The position numbers and the translations under genes were made by a program. Below, piece by piece: positions 36,901-50,995 of a stretch of 64,000 bases of DNA. The stretch comes from the human T2T-CHM13v2.0 reference genome, Homo sapiens: assembly GCF_009914755.1 (NCBI RefSeq), contig NC_060945.1. The stretch is one strand, 5' to 3'. Each line of letters opens with the position of its first letter. The stretch's first letter is position 1. The notes beneath the pieces are model-generated. The model had not been told where the DNA came from, ran no database searches, and was given only the letters and a program-made list of their open reading frames with translations.

Positions 36901-37814
36901 GTGAAAAGCTCCCTATTTCATGGGGCATTGAATAGAGTCCTCAGAAGGGCATTGCTTCAAGCACACCTAGAAAGGATTGGCTTCTTTTCAAGCAACTTAC
37001 TGTTTTACAGAATAAAGTTCAAAACTACTAAAAAGAATGCAAATACTCTAGAATGTCACATATAAAATTTCAATTAAAAAATAGGCATAAGACAAAAACG
37101 GGAAAAATCAATCAGTACCAACAGACACAGGAATGACAGACATGACAGAAATAATAGACATGAAAATTAAAGCAGTCATTATAAATAGGCTCATTATGTC
37201 CAGGAAAATAAATGAAAACAATCATAATAAGGAGAGACATGGGGGAAAAAAGATCAAAATCAAATTTCCAAATAAGAAAAATAAAACAAAAGACACATTC
37301 TTTTAGAATACTCTTCTAACATTCACCAAAACAGAGCATATTATGACTCATGAAGCATATCTCAATAAATGTAAAAGATTTTAAAACATGCAAAATATGT
37401 TATCTAGCCAGAATTAAATTAAAAATTAATAACAAAATATATAAATTTCATAAATATATTGAAATGAAACAACCTAACTGTAAATAATTGATGGGTCATA
37501 GAAGAAATCACAAAAGAGATTAGAAAATATGTGAAAAAGGAGATTAGAAAATATATGAACTAAACTAAAATGAAAGCATATTATGCCAAAATTTTGGGGA
37601 TGCAACTAAAGCAGTTCTTAGAGAAATGTTTATAATTTTACAGGTGCATATAAGAAAAGCAGAAGGGTCTACAATCTATGTACTAAGCTTCCACAATGAG
37701 TAATTAGAAAAAGAAGAGCAAATTATATTAAAAATAAGCAGAAGAAAATTACACAAATCGATGAAATAGTAAAGTTATATAAATCTGTATCACTTTGTAT
37801 ACATAAAACTATCT

Positions 37815-37876
37815 ACACACACATGCACACACACACACACATATATGTATAGAGAGAGAGATAGAGAGAGAGAGAA
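37815..37876. repeat. Compound (CA)n(TA)n(GA)n microsatellite
   Basis: Direct reading. Confidence 0.9.
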
Positions 37877-38551
37877 ACAGACATAGAAAATCAACTAAAA
37901 GAAAAGTGGCTTATTTGAGATCAATAAAATGGATAAACTTCTAGACAGAATAAAAGGAGAGAAGATGTATATTACCAGTATCAGAAATGAGAGAAGAAAA
38001 CTCACTACAGAGGCTACAAACATTAAAGGAATATTATAAATAATTGCATGCCAATCATTTCAACAACTTAGATGAAATGAACTTTAAAAAATAAACTAAC
38101 AAAACTCATTCCTGAAAAACTAGATAACATAAATAGCCCTTTATCGCTCTAAAAATTGGATTTGTACCACAACTGTCACAGTAATTAAAATCTAGGGTAT
38201 ATAAGACTTCATTGGTGAATTCTAACAACATTTAAGGAAAAATAGTACAAGCTTTTATTTCAGCTCATTCTGATGAGCTATATACAATGACACTCATGAA
38301 CACAGATCTAAAATTGTCAACCTAATTTTAGAAAATGAAATTTAACAATATTAAAAAGACTAATACATCATGACTAAGTGGGATTTATCTCAGAAATAAG
38401 TTTTGTTTAGCACTGGAAAATCAAATAGCATAATTCACCATAACACAGACTCAAACTGAAAGAAAAGATATTCTCAATAGAAGTGGAAAAGCATTTTACA
38501 AAATTTAATATCAACTCATGACTTTAAAACTCAGTGAATACAAATTGAAAT

Positions 38552-39017
38552 TGTGGTAGGTTGAATAATTGACTCCTAATCACTGAAAGCTGTGAGTGTT
38601 ACCTTATATGGTAAGAGGGACTCTGCAGGTATGATTAAATCTTCATATGAGGTAATCATCCTGGATTATCTATGTGGGTCCTAAAACAGCCACAGGCATT
38701 CTTATAAAAGGGAGACGGGGGAGATTCTAGTCAGAAGAAAGGGATATGATGACCTCTGCATGAGCGTTTGAGCATGGAAGGACCAATCCAGAGCCAGGGA
38801 ATACAAGGAATGCAGCTCTAGAAGCTGGAAAAGGCAAGAAAATAGATTCTCTCCCTAGAGCTTCTGGAGGGCACATGACCCTGGTGACACCTTGGTTTTG
38901 TCCCAGTATATCTGAGTTCAGATCTCTAGCTTCCAGAAGTGCAAGAAAATAATTTTGAGTTGTGCTAACACACCAACTTTGTGGTAATTTGTTAAAGCTG
39001 TTGCAGGAAACTAGTAT
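38552..39017 (+). mobile_element. MaLR solo LTR, MLT1D-like
   Basis: tgtggtaggttgaataat...gttaccttatatggtaa...ctctagaagctggaaaaggcaag-aaatagattctcccctagagc...gtggtaatttgtta. Confidence 0.88.
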
Positions 39018-39581
39018 GGAAGACAACTTTCTCAGCCCAATAAATGGCATCTAAGAACAGTCAATAGCTAACATCATGCTTAATGATAAAAACTGAATGC
39101 TTTTTCCTTAAGATTGAAAACCAGAATTGGAAGCAAGTATGTCCACTCTTACTACTATGCAACATTATGCTGTAGATGCTAGTAAATTCAATAAAGAAAA
39201 ATGTAAATAAAAAGTATAATAATAAAAAAAGCAGATTTAGGTAGAAAATTTTTTATTTTTTTAAAAAGCTAGTAAAACTAATGAATGAGTTTAGCAAAAT
39301 CACTTGACTCAATTTCAATACTACAAAACTAAATATAGTGGCAAAAAAGCCCAGAAAATGAAATAGAAAAAAAAACCCAATACCATTTACAAAAACATAA
39401 AAATATTAAATACGTAAGACTGAAATTTGACAAAACTTGTGGAAGGTTTCTACACTGAAATCTACAAAATATTATCCTCAAAATAAAGGAAGCCTTAAAT
39501 AAATGGAGAAATGTAGCACAGCCAGTAATCAGAAGATCCAATATTGTTAAAATGTTAAATTCTTTCCAGGTTGACCAAGGT

Positions 39582-39798
39582 CAAAGGTTGGCAAACTTTT
39601 TCTGTGAGGAACCAGATAGTAAATATTTTAGGCTTTGCAAGCTATGTATCGTCTCTATTATACATTCTTTGTTTTTTGCTTAGGTTTGTTTTTTGCAACC
39701 ACTTAAAAGTGTAATTATAGCTATTTTTAGCTTGAAAGCACTACAAGAACAGACTCTGGGGTGAATTTGACACATGGACTGTACATTACTGACTCCTG
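39582..39798. mobile_element. hAT-Charlie MITE, MER58-like
   Basis: caaaggttggcaaactttttctgt...ccagatagtaaatattttaggctttgc...gactcctg. Confidence 0.75.
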
Positions 39799-40240
39799 CT
39801 GTAGATTCAATGAATCCCAGTGAAAATCCCAACAGGCCTTTATTATGAAATTATATGGAAATACGAAAGTGCTAAAATAGCTAAAGATTGAAAATCAAAA
39901 ACAAAGTTGAAAGACTTATACTTTCTGACTTGAAGACTTATTTTTCAACCCCCAATTAATCAAGTTAGTGTTAGATTCATATCAAGTTATATAAACATAT
40001 ACAGATCAGTGGAACTGGAAAGAAAGTTAAAAAAAAATGCACATATGGTAAATTTATTTTGACAAAGAGACCAAGCAATTCCACAAAAAGGATACTCTTT
40101 CAACCAATAACTCTGGAACAATTGTATGTCCAGTTAGGGGTAAAAGAGAAAACATCAATCATCCCTTACTTCAGAAACATAATTTACAAGTAAATCTGTG
40201 ATTAGGCAAAGATTTCTAAAGAGAACATGAAGATTATGAC

Positions 40241-40595
40241 TCTATTAGTCCATTTTCACACTGTGGATAAAAACATACCTGAGGCTGGGCAATTTACAAA
40301 AGAAAGAGGTTTAATGTACTTACAGTTTCACATGGCTGGGGGGGCCTAACAATCATGGCGGAAGACAAGGAGGAGCAAGTCACATCTTACGTGGAGGGCG
40401 GCAGGCAGAGAAAAAGCTTGTGCAAAGAAACTCTGCCTCATAAAGCCGTCTGATCTCATGAGACTTATTCACTATCATGAGAATAGCAAGGGAAAGACCT
40501 GCCCCCTGTGGGTCAATTACCTCTCAATGGGTCCCTCCCACAACATGTGTGACTTCAAGATGAGATTTGGGTGGGGACACAGCCAAACCATATCA
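40241..40595 (-). mobile_element. THE1 solo LTR (THE1B-like)
   Basis: tattagtccattttcaca...gggcaatttacaaaagaaagaggtttaat...gagatttgggtggggacacagccaaaccatatca; TSD-like atgac/atggc. Confidence 0.93.
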
Positions 40596-40731
40596 ATGGC
40601 CTATTGAAAATATCAATAGTGTTGGATTTTATAAAAAGGTAAAACCTTTGTTTTTTGTAGGACATTATTAAGGAAATGGAAGGACAAACCACAAACAGGG
40701 AAAATATATTTTAAGGAACTTCCAGCTAGAA

Positions 40732-40933
40732 CAGGAATCAGCCAACCAAGGCATGGGGCAAACCTGGTCTGCCATTTTTGAAAGTAAAGTTATGTTCATT
40801 TATTTATGTCTTGTATGTAGCTCTTTTCATGACAGAAGGCCAGAGTTGAATAGCTGCAACAGAAATCATATGGCCCATAAAGCCTAAAATATTCACTGTT
40901 TGATCCTTTACAGACACGGTATACCAACCCCTG
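40732..40933. mobile_element. MER58A-like hAT MITE
   Basis: CAG...CTG termini with 8-bp TSD agctagaa (40724-40731) / agctggaa (40934-40941). Confidence 0.85.
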
Positions 40934-42039
40934 AGCTGGAATAAATATAAAGAACTTGTGTGGCTCAACAATAAATAACCCAATTTTCATAAATGGGCAA
41001 AGATTTGAACAGACACTTCACAAATGAAGATATATGAATGGCCAATCAACATATGAAAAGCTTTTCAAAATCATTAGTCATTAGGGAAATGCAAATTAAC
41101 AACACAATAGACAGCACTTTAAACCCATTAAAATGGCTAAAATTAAAGACTGTTCATACCAACTGAAAAATGGGAGGAGAAGCCACCAGAATTCACAAAT
41201 ATTACTGGTGGGAATGTGAAAAAAAAAATTGTAAATCACTTTTGAAAATTATTTGATAATGTCTTTAAAAGCTAAATGTACACCTTCTATACAACTCAGT
41301 CACTCTAAACCTAGGTCAACCTAGGTATTTACCTAGAAAAATACAAGAATATGCCAATACAAAGGCATGTTCACGAATGCTTATCACAGCTTAGTATGTT
41401 ATAGCCCAAAACTAGTAACTGTACAAACATCTATTTGCAACTGAATGTATACACATACTGTGGTATGTCTAGTCAATATAATAGTACTCAGTAATAAAAA
41501 GAGTGATAGAAGCAACTGAATAATAAGGCAAACAACCTGATTTTCAAAGTAATGGGCAAATGAATGAATCTTAAAATAATTATGCTTAATGAAAGAAGTA
41601 AAAGGGGCTACATAGTAAAAGAGTACATATTATATGATTCTAGAAAACATGAAATAATCTAAAATAACAGAAAGCAGATTAGTGGATTCATGGAAATGGG
41701 GGTAGGTAGAATAAGGGATAAATTACAAAGGGGAATGAAGAAATCTTTGAGATTGATAGAAATGTTTATTATCCTTATTGTCATAATGATTTCATAGTTG
41801 TATACATATGTCAAAACTAATCAAATTGTGCGCTTTAAAATGTTACCTTCTTGTGCATCAATTTCACCTCAATAAAGCTATGCAAAAACAGAAACTTTTC
41901 TTAGACAAAATTTTTATAACTGCAATTTCCCCAACATAAATATTACTCTTGGAGTGTTACTTGTGAAGGAAAAAATAATTATAGTGACATTCAGCCTAGC
42001 TACTCAGATTGTTGTCTGAGAAGAGACAGCTTTGACATT

Positions 42040-42175
42040 GACTGAGAGCTTTCAGAAATACTGAATCTTTTCACTAACCATACCACCACCCCAGAGCTTT
42101 TGATTAGATTATGCATTTTTTAAAAGGTCTCTAGGTGATTTACATGTACTTTAAAATTTGAGACGTACTGCTCTA
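42040..42175. mobile_element. MER5-like hAT fragment
   Basis: tgcatttttt-aaaggtctctaggtgatt...aaaatttgaga-tactgctcta. Confidence 0.55.
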
Positions 42176-45100
42176 CAAACAAGAGCTCTGGCTCAAATGA
42201 AAGGTAAAAATCAATACAAAAATTTCTCATCAGAGATGTTATTTACAAGATTCAGGTATCATATCCTGGGTGTTACTAGATAATTCTACAATGTTCTTTG
42301 ATTCTGATTCCACAGTCCCATGTCACTGCCCTTTTCTTACTAGACCTGCCCCCATTTTTCATGTGTCATTTTTCCCCACCTCTTCTGATCTCCCCATACT
42401 TAAGCATAAGTGTTCATTTTTTCATAGATAATGTTAGGTGGTTGCAATCACTTTAAAATCATATTGGCCTCCCTTGCCTCCATTTCTATCTATGATTTCT
42501 TTATATTGTGGTAAAGTCAACAGGGGGTGGTTTCGGAGAGTTACTCACCTGATCTGAATCAAAGTCTCTAAAATTAATTCCAGAAATTATTAACAAAAAT
42601 AAATGAAGAGAAAAAACTGAATGATGTAAACCACTATGCATTTAATTCTTCTTTAATAAATTTTCAATGAAATCTAAGTACAATTGAAAAAAATAAGCTA
42701 AAAATAAAGAGTCGAAGAGAAGAGCATAACACAAAGCAAGTGCATTGAGTAAAGGGCAAACTCTGAGGAAAATATTATCTATTTTAAACTTTAGGTTTTA
42801 CTACATAGGTTTTACTATGTTCTCACACGTATTACATTTTTTTAAATAAATTTGTGAGATAAGAAGTCAAATATCATCATTTTCTAGATGGCTATGCAAT
42901 TTGTCCACTCTCAGCTGGGATTCAAATCCAATTGTTTCAACATTCAGCCTAGTGTTCTCTGCACAGCCCATATTACACGTATGAAATGTCCTTGAAAACA
43001 ACACTGTGAAGATCTCTTTCAAGTTTCACACGTAAGTGTTTGAGTTAAAAACTAAAACAATGCCTTGAAGCGTTTGTTCTTAGGATGAGTCAAAATTTGA
43101 AAGAGTTTGATGCTAAAACCAAAATTGCTTTTGAATTATAAAAGCATGTAAATACAAATTTATCTCCAAGACTTATATTGTCTTTTTACCTAAAAGGAAA
43201 TTGCAGGCTTACGTTTCATTTGGTAAAATATAAAACTTGAAGATATTTTTATGTGAATAGTTTTTTTTAATTAATCAAGTTGTTAATTCTAGTGTTTCTA
43301 GTGTTTTTGCTGAAAAGTAGAGTTCCAGATACCATATTTTAAAAGGTACTGTTTGCAGATTTCTTTCTAGTAACCAAAGAAATATTTCCCCCTTTAGGCA
43401 AATGTACTGTATTTGTCCTACCTTTTATCATGGGGGTCAGCCATCATTTGTATCCTTTTTTCTTTCCTTAAGTGACCATTTCTTTGATTTCTTATTAAAA
43501 AGGCTTGGTAGAAATAGACAGAAATGACACCTAGAAAAGAATATTTCTGCACCTGAAAGTCATAAACTTTCCAATTTAAACTTGGAAAAGTATCTGAAGC
43601 AAGCCAAAATGAGCACAGAGCAAGTCCAATGACAAATGCTTCATTCTTTTTTTTCTCTCGATTTTTTTTTCTTTTTCGCAGGGGTTGGGGGTTAATTGTT
43701 TTGTTTTACTTTACATTTGGTCAGCTGGCACACTGCACAGAAACTTGAGATTTTTTTCCCCTTTCTCATTTCGGTTGCTTTTAGCCATGTCTTAAATTAG
43801 CTTTTCTTTAAGTCTTGAAGGGAGTTGGCTTCCACTCCCCAAATGGAACAATAGTTCCTCCTGAGTGAGAGTGCCAGCTACATATATTATCTGTCCTATT
43901 CCCAGCAGGAACATTCCAGTGACTGCTTATAAAAATTAGTCACATGGATTTTCAGTTTGGGGAAGGGGTGGCTAGCCTTAGTTGTCATCTTTAGTTTGTG
44001 AGAGAATTGAGCTGTTTTTCTCCTTTCAAGTCTTCCATTTACCCATTTTAGACTCTTGTAGATGCTTTAGCTTTTCTTCATGCAGTCAAGAATGAGCCCA
44101 TCTTCGGAAGGCTCCAAGAACTGGGGACACATTTAGCCTGTTAATGCTGCTTAGTTGGCCCAATTCCACTTTGGTTAATTACATTCTGTTCCACAAACAT
44201 ATCTCTTTGCATTTTCATTTGGTGATGAAAAAAGATTGCTTTTCAATCTCCTCTTCTGAGCTCAATCCTCAAAGGCCCAGCATGGATCCATCCAAAGTTG
44301 CCTAAGGAAAAATTCCCCAAGTGTGGGAGAATCCAAAAGAACACAGCCATTCTCAGCCCTCCTCACACCCACACCAAAATCAGTATTGACAGAAAAATGT
44401 ATGATTATCTGACTGCAGAAGTTTGTCCTTTGCTTTAAAAGAGGTATTTATTTACCAAGGGGCAGTGATGACATACTTGAGGATCCATACCAAATACCAT
44501 TCAAGAGAGTCAGGAATTCCTTGGAAACACATTGTCTGTTTCTCTTTAGGAAAATGAAAAGCACTGCAAAGAAATTCTAAAAATCAAATTCCTGTAGTTT
44601 CTAACCTCTTCTTTGATGCTACGTGTTCTATGCTCCAAATGTAGCTAGTATACAAGAGACAGTAATGAAATAGATGCATCTTACCATGATGTCTTTTTTT
44701 TTTATTTTTTTGCTACAATGTTTATAGCAAGGGCTCTTCACTTTTATTTCAATTGCATGAAACAATGTGACACTTGCCTTTCTTATTTTAGCTTCAGAAG
44801 TTTCTAAAACACTTGTCTCTGCAAGATTATCTTGATCTTAAGGTGCAGGAAATTTGCTTTAAGGCTCTGCTGACTCAACATTTACACATTTTTCTTCTGA
44901 TGAAGTATTTTGTTTCCTTTAAAACCAAATGATATCATGTAACTCAAACAATGTAGAACTATACTAATTATGATCTAAAATGACAGATGTAGATGGAGTC
45001 ATACTTTATGTCTGTTCTTGTAGTATATATAGTCATTATCCATCAAGTATTCACATGTACGCTGGGAATTTTCATACCAACTGCCAAAACTTCAAACTAA

Positions 45101-45681
45101 CCACTTAAAAAAAAGTTCGACTTCAAAAGGTTTACAGTTTTAATTTGGACAGCACTGCCAGGAAGTGATCCGTGAACAAATTCATTTTGCTAGTCTTTGT
45201 AACTACAAAGTTCTCATGATTAAGCTTTTTACTTTCTCTTTCTCTTTTTTTTTTTTTCTTTCTTTCTTTTTTTTTGGTGTAGCTTAACTTTATGATTCAT
45301 GGGCTAAAATACAATTCTGAGAGATTTACTGTTGGTGTCATACTTTCACATTTTCTATTACAAGTTTCATATGAATGTAAAATTGTATTAGTTTCTGTGT
45401 TATAAATAGCCTTAAAAGGGGATTAATCATCATAGAACCAAATTGTTTTTCCCAGATATCAGTCATGATAAAGTCAGGAAATATAGTTTTAGGTAAAAAA
45501 GAAGAAGAGAAAACACTCTGAAATTTCTAAATTTTTGGTTAACACTAAGCTTTCTCATACAGAAAAATCACAAATTTGCCCCCTCCCCCCAAAAAATCAT
45601 ACTCAGTTCAATGAGATGGCAGAACAGTGATATTTTCACTTGGAAAAAAAGGAAGAGAATTTATTCATTAAAAAATCACTA

Positions 45682-45985
45682 GGCTGGGCACGGTGGCTCA
45701 TGCATGTAATCCCAGCACTTTGGGAGGCTGTCAAGAGCGGATCACAAGGTCAGGAGTTTGAGACCAGCCTGGCCAATATGGTGGAACCCTGTCTCTTCTA
45801 AAAATACAAAAATTAGCCAGGTGTGGTGGCATGCACCTGTAGTCCCAGCTTCTTGGGAGGCTGAGGCAGAAGAATCTCTTGAACCCAGGAGTCAGAGGGT
45901 TGCAGTGAGCCAAGGTCATGCCACTGCACTCCAGCCTGGGCAACAGAGTGAGATTCTGTTCTCAAAAAAAAAAAAAAAGAAAAGA
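45682..45985 (+). mobile_element. AluS (Sg-like)
   Basis: Full dimer with polyA; TSD attaaaaa(a)tcacta on both sides. Confidence 0.95.
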
Positions 45986-46510
45986 TATTAAAAATCACTA
46001 ATTAAATGTGAATCATATAACTGCTCCTAGAAGAAAATAGCCTAATAAAGAATGGTATTTTAAAAATTACGTGGTTTTGCCTGTTTACTAAAACATGTAT
46101 CTTGTCTTTGGAAGCTCTGAAATTCACATCTCAGGGAAAAAAGGAACCCCGGAAAGTGTATTCCTAGAAAGGCATCCATAGTGAACAATGAGCTCATTTT
46201 CATTTAAGGATAAAAAATGTAGATATTTTTATTTAAAAATGTGAGAATTTTTCAGAAAATATAGCTAAAATAAAAATATACTTGAAGAATATGGATAAAG
46301 TCCATGTCATAAAAATTGGATTTAGATGATCCTAATATTTGAAGAAAGTATAAAGTTAAGCAAAGAACTAATTACTCCAAGAAGTTGAAAATACTCTGTG
46401 CTCTGGATGGGTGTATATTACTGCGTTAAATATACATTACAAGCAATAGGAAGAATTTCAGAAATACTAATCTTAGTATTTAGTTGTGGTCCTGACCCTT
46501 TTACATCTTA

Positions 46511-47048
46511 CAAGTATAAATTATCTTATTGTACTTTGCAGATACTGCATTTTTTTACAAATTGAAAGTGTGTGGCAACCCTGTGTCAAGCAAGTCTATC
46601 GGTGTCATTTTTCCAACAGCATGTGCTCATTTTGCATCTCTGTGTCACATTTTCTTAATTCTCATAATATTTGAAAGCTTTTTGTATTTTTTCTCCCTGT
46701 TATGGTGATCTGTAATCAGTGATCTTTGATGTTACTATTGTAATTGTTTTGAGGGAGCCACATCCACACCTCTACAAGATGATAAACTTAAACAATAATG
46801 TCGTGTGTGTTCTAACTGACTTCCTCTCTGATCAGTCATTCCTCCATCTCTCTCCCTCTCCATGGGCCTCCCTATTTCCTGAGACACAACAATATTGAAA
46901 TTAAACCAATTAATAACCCCTCAATGGCTTCTAGTTGTTCAAGTGAAAGAAAAGTCACGTCTCCCACTTTACATCGAAAGCTAGAAATGATTAGTCTTAG
47001 TGAGAAAGACATGTTGAAAGCCAAGACAGGTAGAAGGCTAGGCCTTCT
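46511..47048 (+). mobile_element. Tigger1 5' fragment
   Basis: tttacaaattgaa-gtgtgtggcaaccctgtgtcaagcaagtctatcgg...gctagaaatgatta-cttagtgag-aag-catgttgaaagcc; preceded by TA. Confidence 0.9.
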
Positions 47049-47049
47049 T

Positions 47050-48960
47050 AAATTGAAAAGCAACTTCAGCAAAGTCTCAGGATACAAAATTAATATGTGA
47101 AAATCACTACCCTTCCTATACACCAACAACAGGCAAGCAGAGAGCCAAATCATGAATGAACTCCCATTCATAATTGCCGCAAAAATAATAAAATATCTAG
47201 GAATAAAGCTAACTAGGGAGATGAAAAATCTCTACAGGGAGAACCTCAAACCACTGTTCAAAGAAATCAGAGATGACTCAAACAAATGGAAAAACATTTC
47301 ATGTTCATGGATAGGGAGAATCAACATCATGAAAATGGCCATACTGCCCAAAGCAATTTATATATTCAATGCTATTCCTGTTAAACTACCAATGACATTC
47401 ATTACAGAACTAGAGAAAACTCTTTTAAAATTCATATGGAACCAAAAAAGAGCCTGAAAAGCCAAGGTAATCCTAAGCAAAAAGAACAAAGCTGGAGGCA
47501 TCACACTACCTGACTTCAAACTACACTAAAGGGATACAGTAACCAAAACACCATGCTACTGGTACAAAAACAGACACATAAACCAATAGAAAAGAAGAGA
47601 GAACCAGGAAATAAGGCTGCATGCCTACAACTATCTGATCTTTGATAAACCTGACAAAGACAAGCACTGGGGAAAGAATTCCTATTAAATAAATGGTGCT
47701 GGGATCACTGGCTAGCCATATGCAGAGGAGGGAAATTGGACCCCTTCCTTACACCATATACAAAAATTACCTCAAGATGGATTAAAGACTTACATGTAAA
47801 ACTCAAAACTATAAAATATCCTGGAAGACAATCTACCCAATACCATTCAGGACATAGGCACAGGCAAAGATTTAATGACAAAGACACCAAAAGCAATTGC
47901 AACAAAAGCAAAAATTGACAAATGGGATCTAATTAAAGTACGGAGCATTTGCACAGCAAAACTATCAACAGAGTAAACAGACAACCTACAGAATATGAGA
48001 AAATTTTTGCAAACTATGCATCTGACAATGGTCTAATACTCAGCATCTATAAGGAATTTAAACAGATTTCCAAGAAATAAACAAACAAAACCATTAAAAA
48101 GTGGGTGAAAATATATGAACAGACACTTCTCAAAAGAAGACATACCTGCAGACAACAGTCAGATGAAAAAAATCTCAACATCACTGATCATTAGAGAAAT
48201 GCAAATTAAAACCACAATGAGATACCAGCTCACACCTGTCAGAATGGCTATTACTATTATAAAAAGTCAAAAAATAATAGATGCTGGTAAGGTTGTGGAG
48301 AAAAAGGAACACTTATACTCTGCTGGTGGAAGTGTAAATTAGTTCAACCATTGTAGAAGACAGTGTGGTGATTCCTCAAAGACCTAAAGCTGGAAATACC
48401 ATTCAACCCAACAATCCCATTACTGGATATATATCCAAAGGAATAGAAATCTTTTTATTATAAAGACACATGCATGTGTATGTTCATTGCAGCACTATTC
48501 ACTATAGCAAAGACATGGAATCAACCTAAATACCCACCAATGATAGGCTGGATAAAGAAAATGTGGTACTTATATACCATGAAATACTATGCAGCCATAA
48601 AAAATAATAAGATCGTGTCTTTTACAGGGATGTGGATGGAGCTGGAGGCCACTATCTTTAGCAAACTAACACAGGAATAGAAAACCAAATACAGCATGTT
48701 TTCACTTATAAGTGTGGGCTAAATTATGAGAATACATGGACACATAGAGGGAAACAATACACATTGGGGCCTATCAAAGAGCAGAGGTTAGGAGGAGGTA
48801 GAGGATCGGGAAAAATAAGTAATGGATACTAGACTTAATACGTGGGTGATGAAATAATCTGTGCGATAAACTCCCGTGACACACATTTGCCTATATAACA
48901 AAACTGCACTTCCTGCACATGTACCCATGAAATTAAAATAAAATTTAAAATAAATAAATA
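47050..48960 (+). mobile_element. 5'-truncated old L1PA (L1PA13-16-like) with 3' UTR and A-rich tail
   Basis: ORFs 47152-47457, 48115-48342 and 48474-48680 are ORF2 C-terminal peptides ([23 protein letters not shown]; CMFIAALFTIAKTWNQPK). Confidence 0.93.
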
Positions 48961-50635
48961 AAATGAAAAGAAACAAAAATAAGGAAAAATTATGGAAAAG
49001 AAATCCCTAGTTTGACCTGGAATAGCTTAGTATTTTTCTTTATAGAAATCTGATGGTTATCTATAGGACGAAATTCTAATGGTAGATGGAAACACTGAAG
49101 AACAGTAAGTGGTGCAACACATAGAAATTTGACACGGGAAAGAACAGAAGTTCCATAACGATTGTAGATTCACCACAATCTGTTATTTCCCTCTCTTCAC
49201 CATTAGTCCTTAGGTCACCTTTTTGGACTTGGAAGAGTCCCAGATACCTCACAGATATACTTTCATTTATAATCTTGATTTTTATTCAAATTATAAAATA
49301 TCAAGACTCTTACAGTAGCCCTAGCCTATATTTTCAAGTTTCTAAGAACAAATAAAATGAGAGCCAGATTTCTGTTTCTAATATAAAATGCCAACTTCTC
49401 TCCGAGGGACCAGAGTCTATTGGTCCTTAACATTTTCTCTTACTTTCACAAATTTTCTCTTACTTTAAATATTTTACTTTCACTTTACTTTTTTCTCCTA
49501 CTTCCACTTACTTTCCACACTTCAATGAATCAAACTAAAGGTAATAAAATGAATATCTAGTAAGGCTAAAGCTATATGGGATCCTTAATTTAAAGAATAA
49601 TTTTCTTAATTATTTTACCAAGAGTTACATGACAAACTTAAAAATGGCATTATTTTGACAGTAGCAACAACTCAAAAGACAAAAGAAAATATTATAATGC
49701 CAATACCCTCTGCTACTATGGCAGTGCAGAAATTTAGAATTTAAAAATGCCAAACTACTTTAACAATATGAAAGTCATTTTATTCATAATTTCACTGATT
49801 CACTCAATTTTAACTATATTATTTGGCTGATTTAATAAAATAACAAATGAAAATTTTAAAAACAGTGCCATTTGAGAGTTACCTGTCATGAGTGATGAAA
49901 TTACTCCAAATTCTAACAATACATATAGCAAATGGCATATTTGCATGGGTATTGGCCTGAGTATTTTGGCTTGCATTTCAACATTTGTAATAGCTGCAGC
50001 AAAAATTTTCCTGTCTAAAATTTTTTTAAAGGCAGAATATCTTCCTAAATGAGCAGAAGTTTGGGTATTTGGACACTCCCCGAAAGCAGAACACAGACAA
50101 GTGTTCAAATGCAAACTTTGTCATTTTTACGTCATTGATTTTTAATATACACGTCTATTCAGCTTTTTCTTAATTAGGGATTTGGGTATAACTATGCTCT
50201 TTAGGACTTTCTCTGTCTACCTGCTTGGCATAATATCCTGGGACCAATTGTGAAAAAAATCTGTGATGGAGCATTGATAAAGAAATCCCTGGATGTTCAG
50301 AAACAATTTGGTTGTTTCTGGCTTATAAAACTCAAGAACTACTTTAATGAGAAGTAGAGGGTAGAAAGTGTGGAGAGCTTGTATATGTACCAAAATTGTG
50401 GATAGACAAACCAAAAAATTGACATTTTAGGCAAAGTGACATTTTGGATGAATATATAAACAAGAGAGTTAAAGTCATATTTAAATGAGAAGCTGAAGCA
50501 GAAAAAAAAAATCAAAACAAAAAAATGAATTAAAAGCACAAATAAAGGGAAGATGCTAGGACTGAAAATCCCAAGAGTAAGGTAGCTAAACCTAAGTCAG
50601 AACAGTCAGAAGTACACTAGAGGAAAGTAAGTGAG

Positions 50636-50995
50636 TGATATGGTTTGGCTGTGTCCCCACCCAAATCTCATCTTGAATTGTAGCTCCCACAATTCCCATG
50701 TGTTGTAGGAAGGACTCAGTGGGAGGTAATTGAATCATGGGGGCACATCTTTCCTGTGCTGTTCTCCTGATGATGAATAAAGTCTCATGAGATCTGATGG
50801 TTTTATAAAGGGGAGTTTCCCTGCACAAGTTCTATTCTCTTGTCTGCCACCATGTGAAATGTGCCTTTCACCTTCTGCCATGATTGTGAGTCCTCTTCAG
50901 CCATGTGGAACTGAGAGTCTATTAAACCTCTTTCTTTTGTAAATTGCCCAGTCTCAGGTATGTCTTTATTCACAGCATAAAAATGGACTAATAGA
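50636..50995 (+). mobile_element. THE1 solo LTR (THE1B/C-like)
   Basis: tgatatggtttggctgtgtccccacccaaatctcatcttgaattgtagctccc...attaaacctcttt...atggactaata. Confidence 0.93.

Larger units (their letters stand above)
36486..41890 (+). mobile_element. Ancient internally deleted L1ME-like element (5' region to polyA signal) with nested insertions
   Basis: 5'-end-like ttctgcctccagccatgaaggagtaa; ORF2 motifs throughout; 3' end tgtatacatatgtcaaaact...cacctcaataaagct. Confidence 0.75.

Noticed and set aside
46511-48975. L1-insertion-mediated deletion of the rest of Tigger1
   Set aside because: A plausible TSD (taaattgaaaagcaac 47049-47064 / taaaatgaaaagaaac 48959-48974) flanks the L1, so the Tigger1 truncation may predate it; cannot be resolved from this sequence
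40241-50995. Two THE1 LTRs as ends of one provirus
   Set aside because: Opposite orientations, no internal THE1 sequence between them, and the first has its own TSD-like flanks; independent solo LTRs
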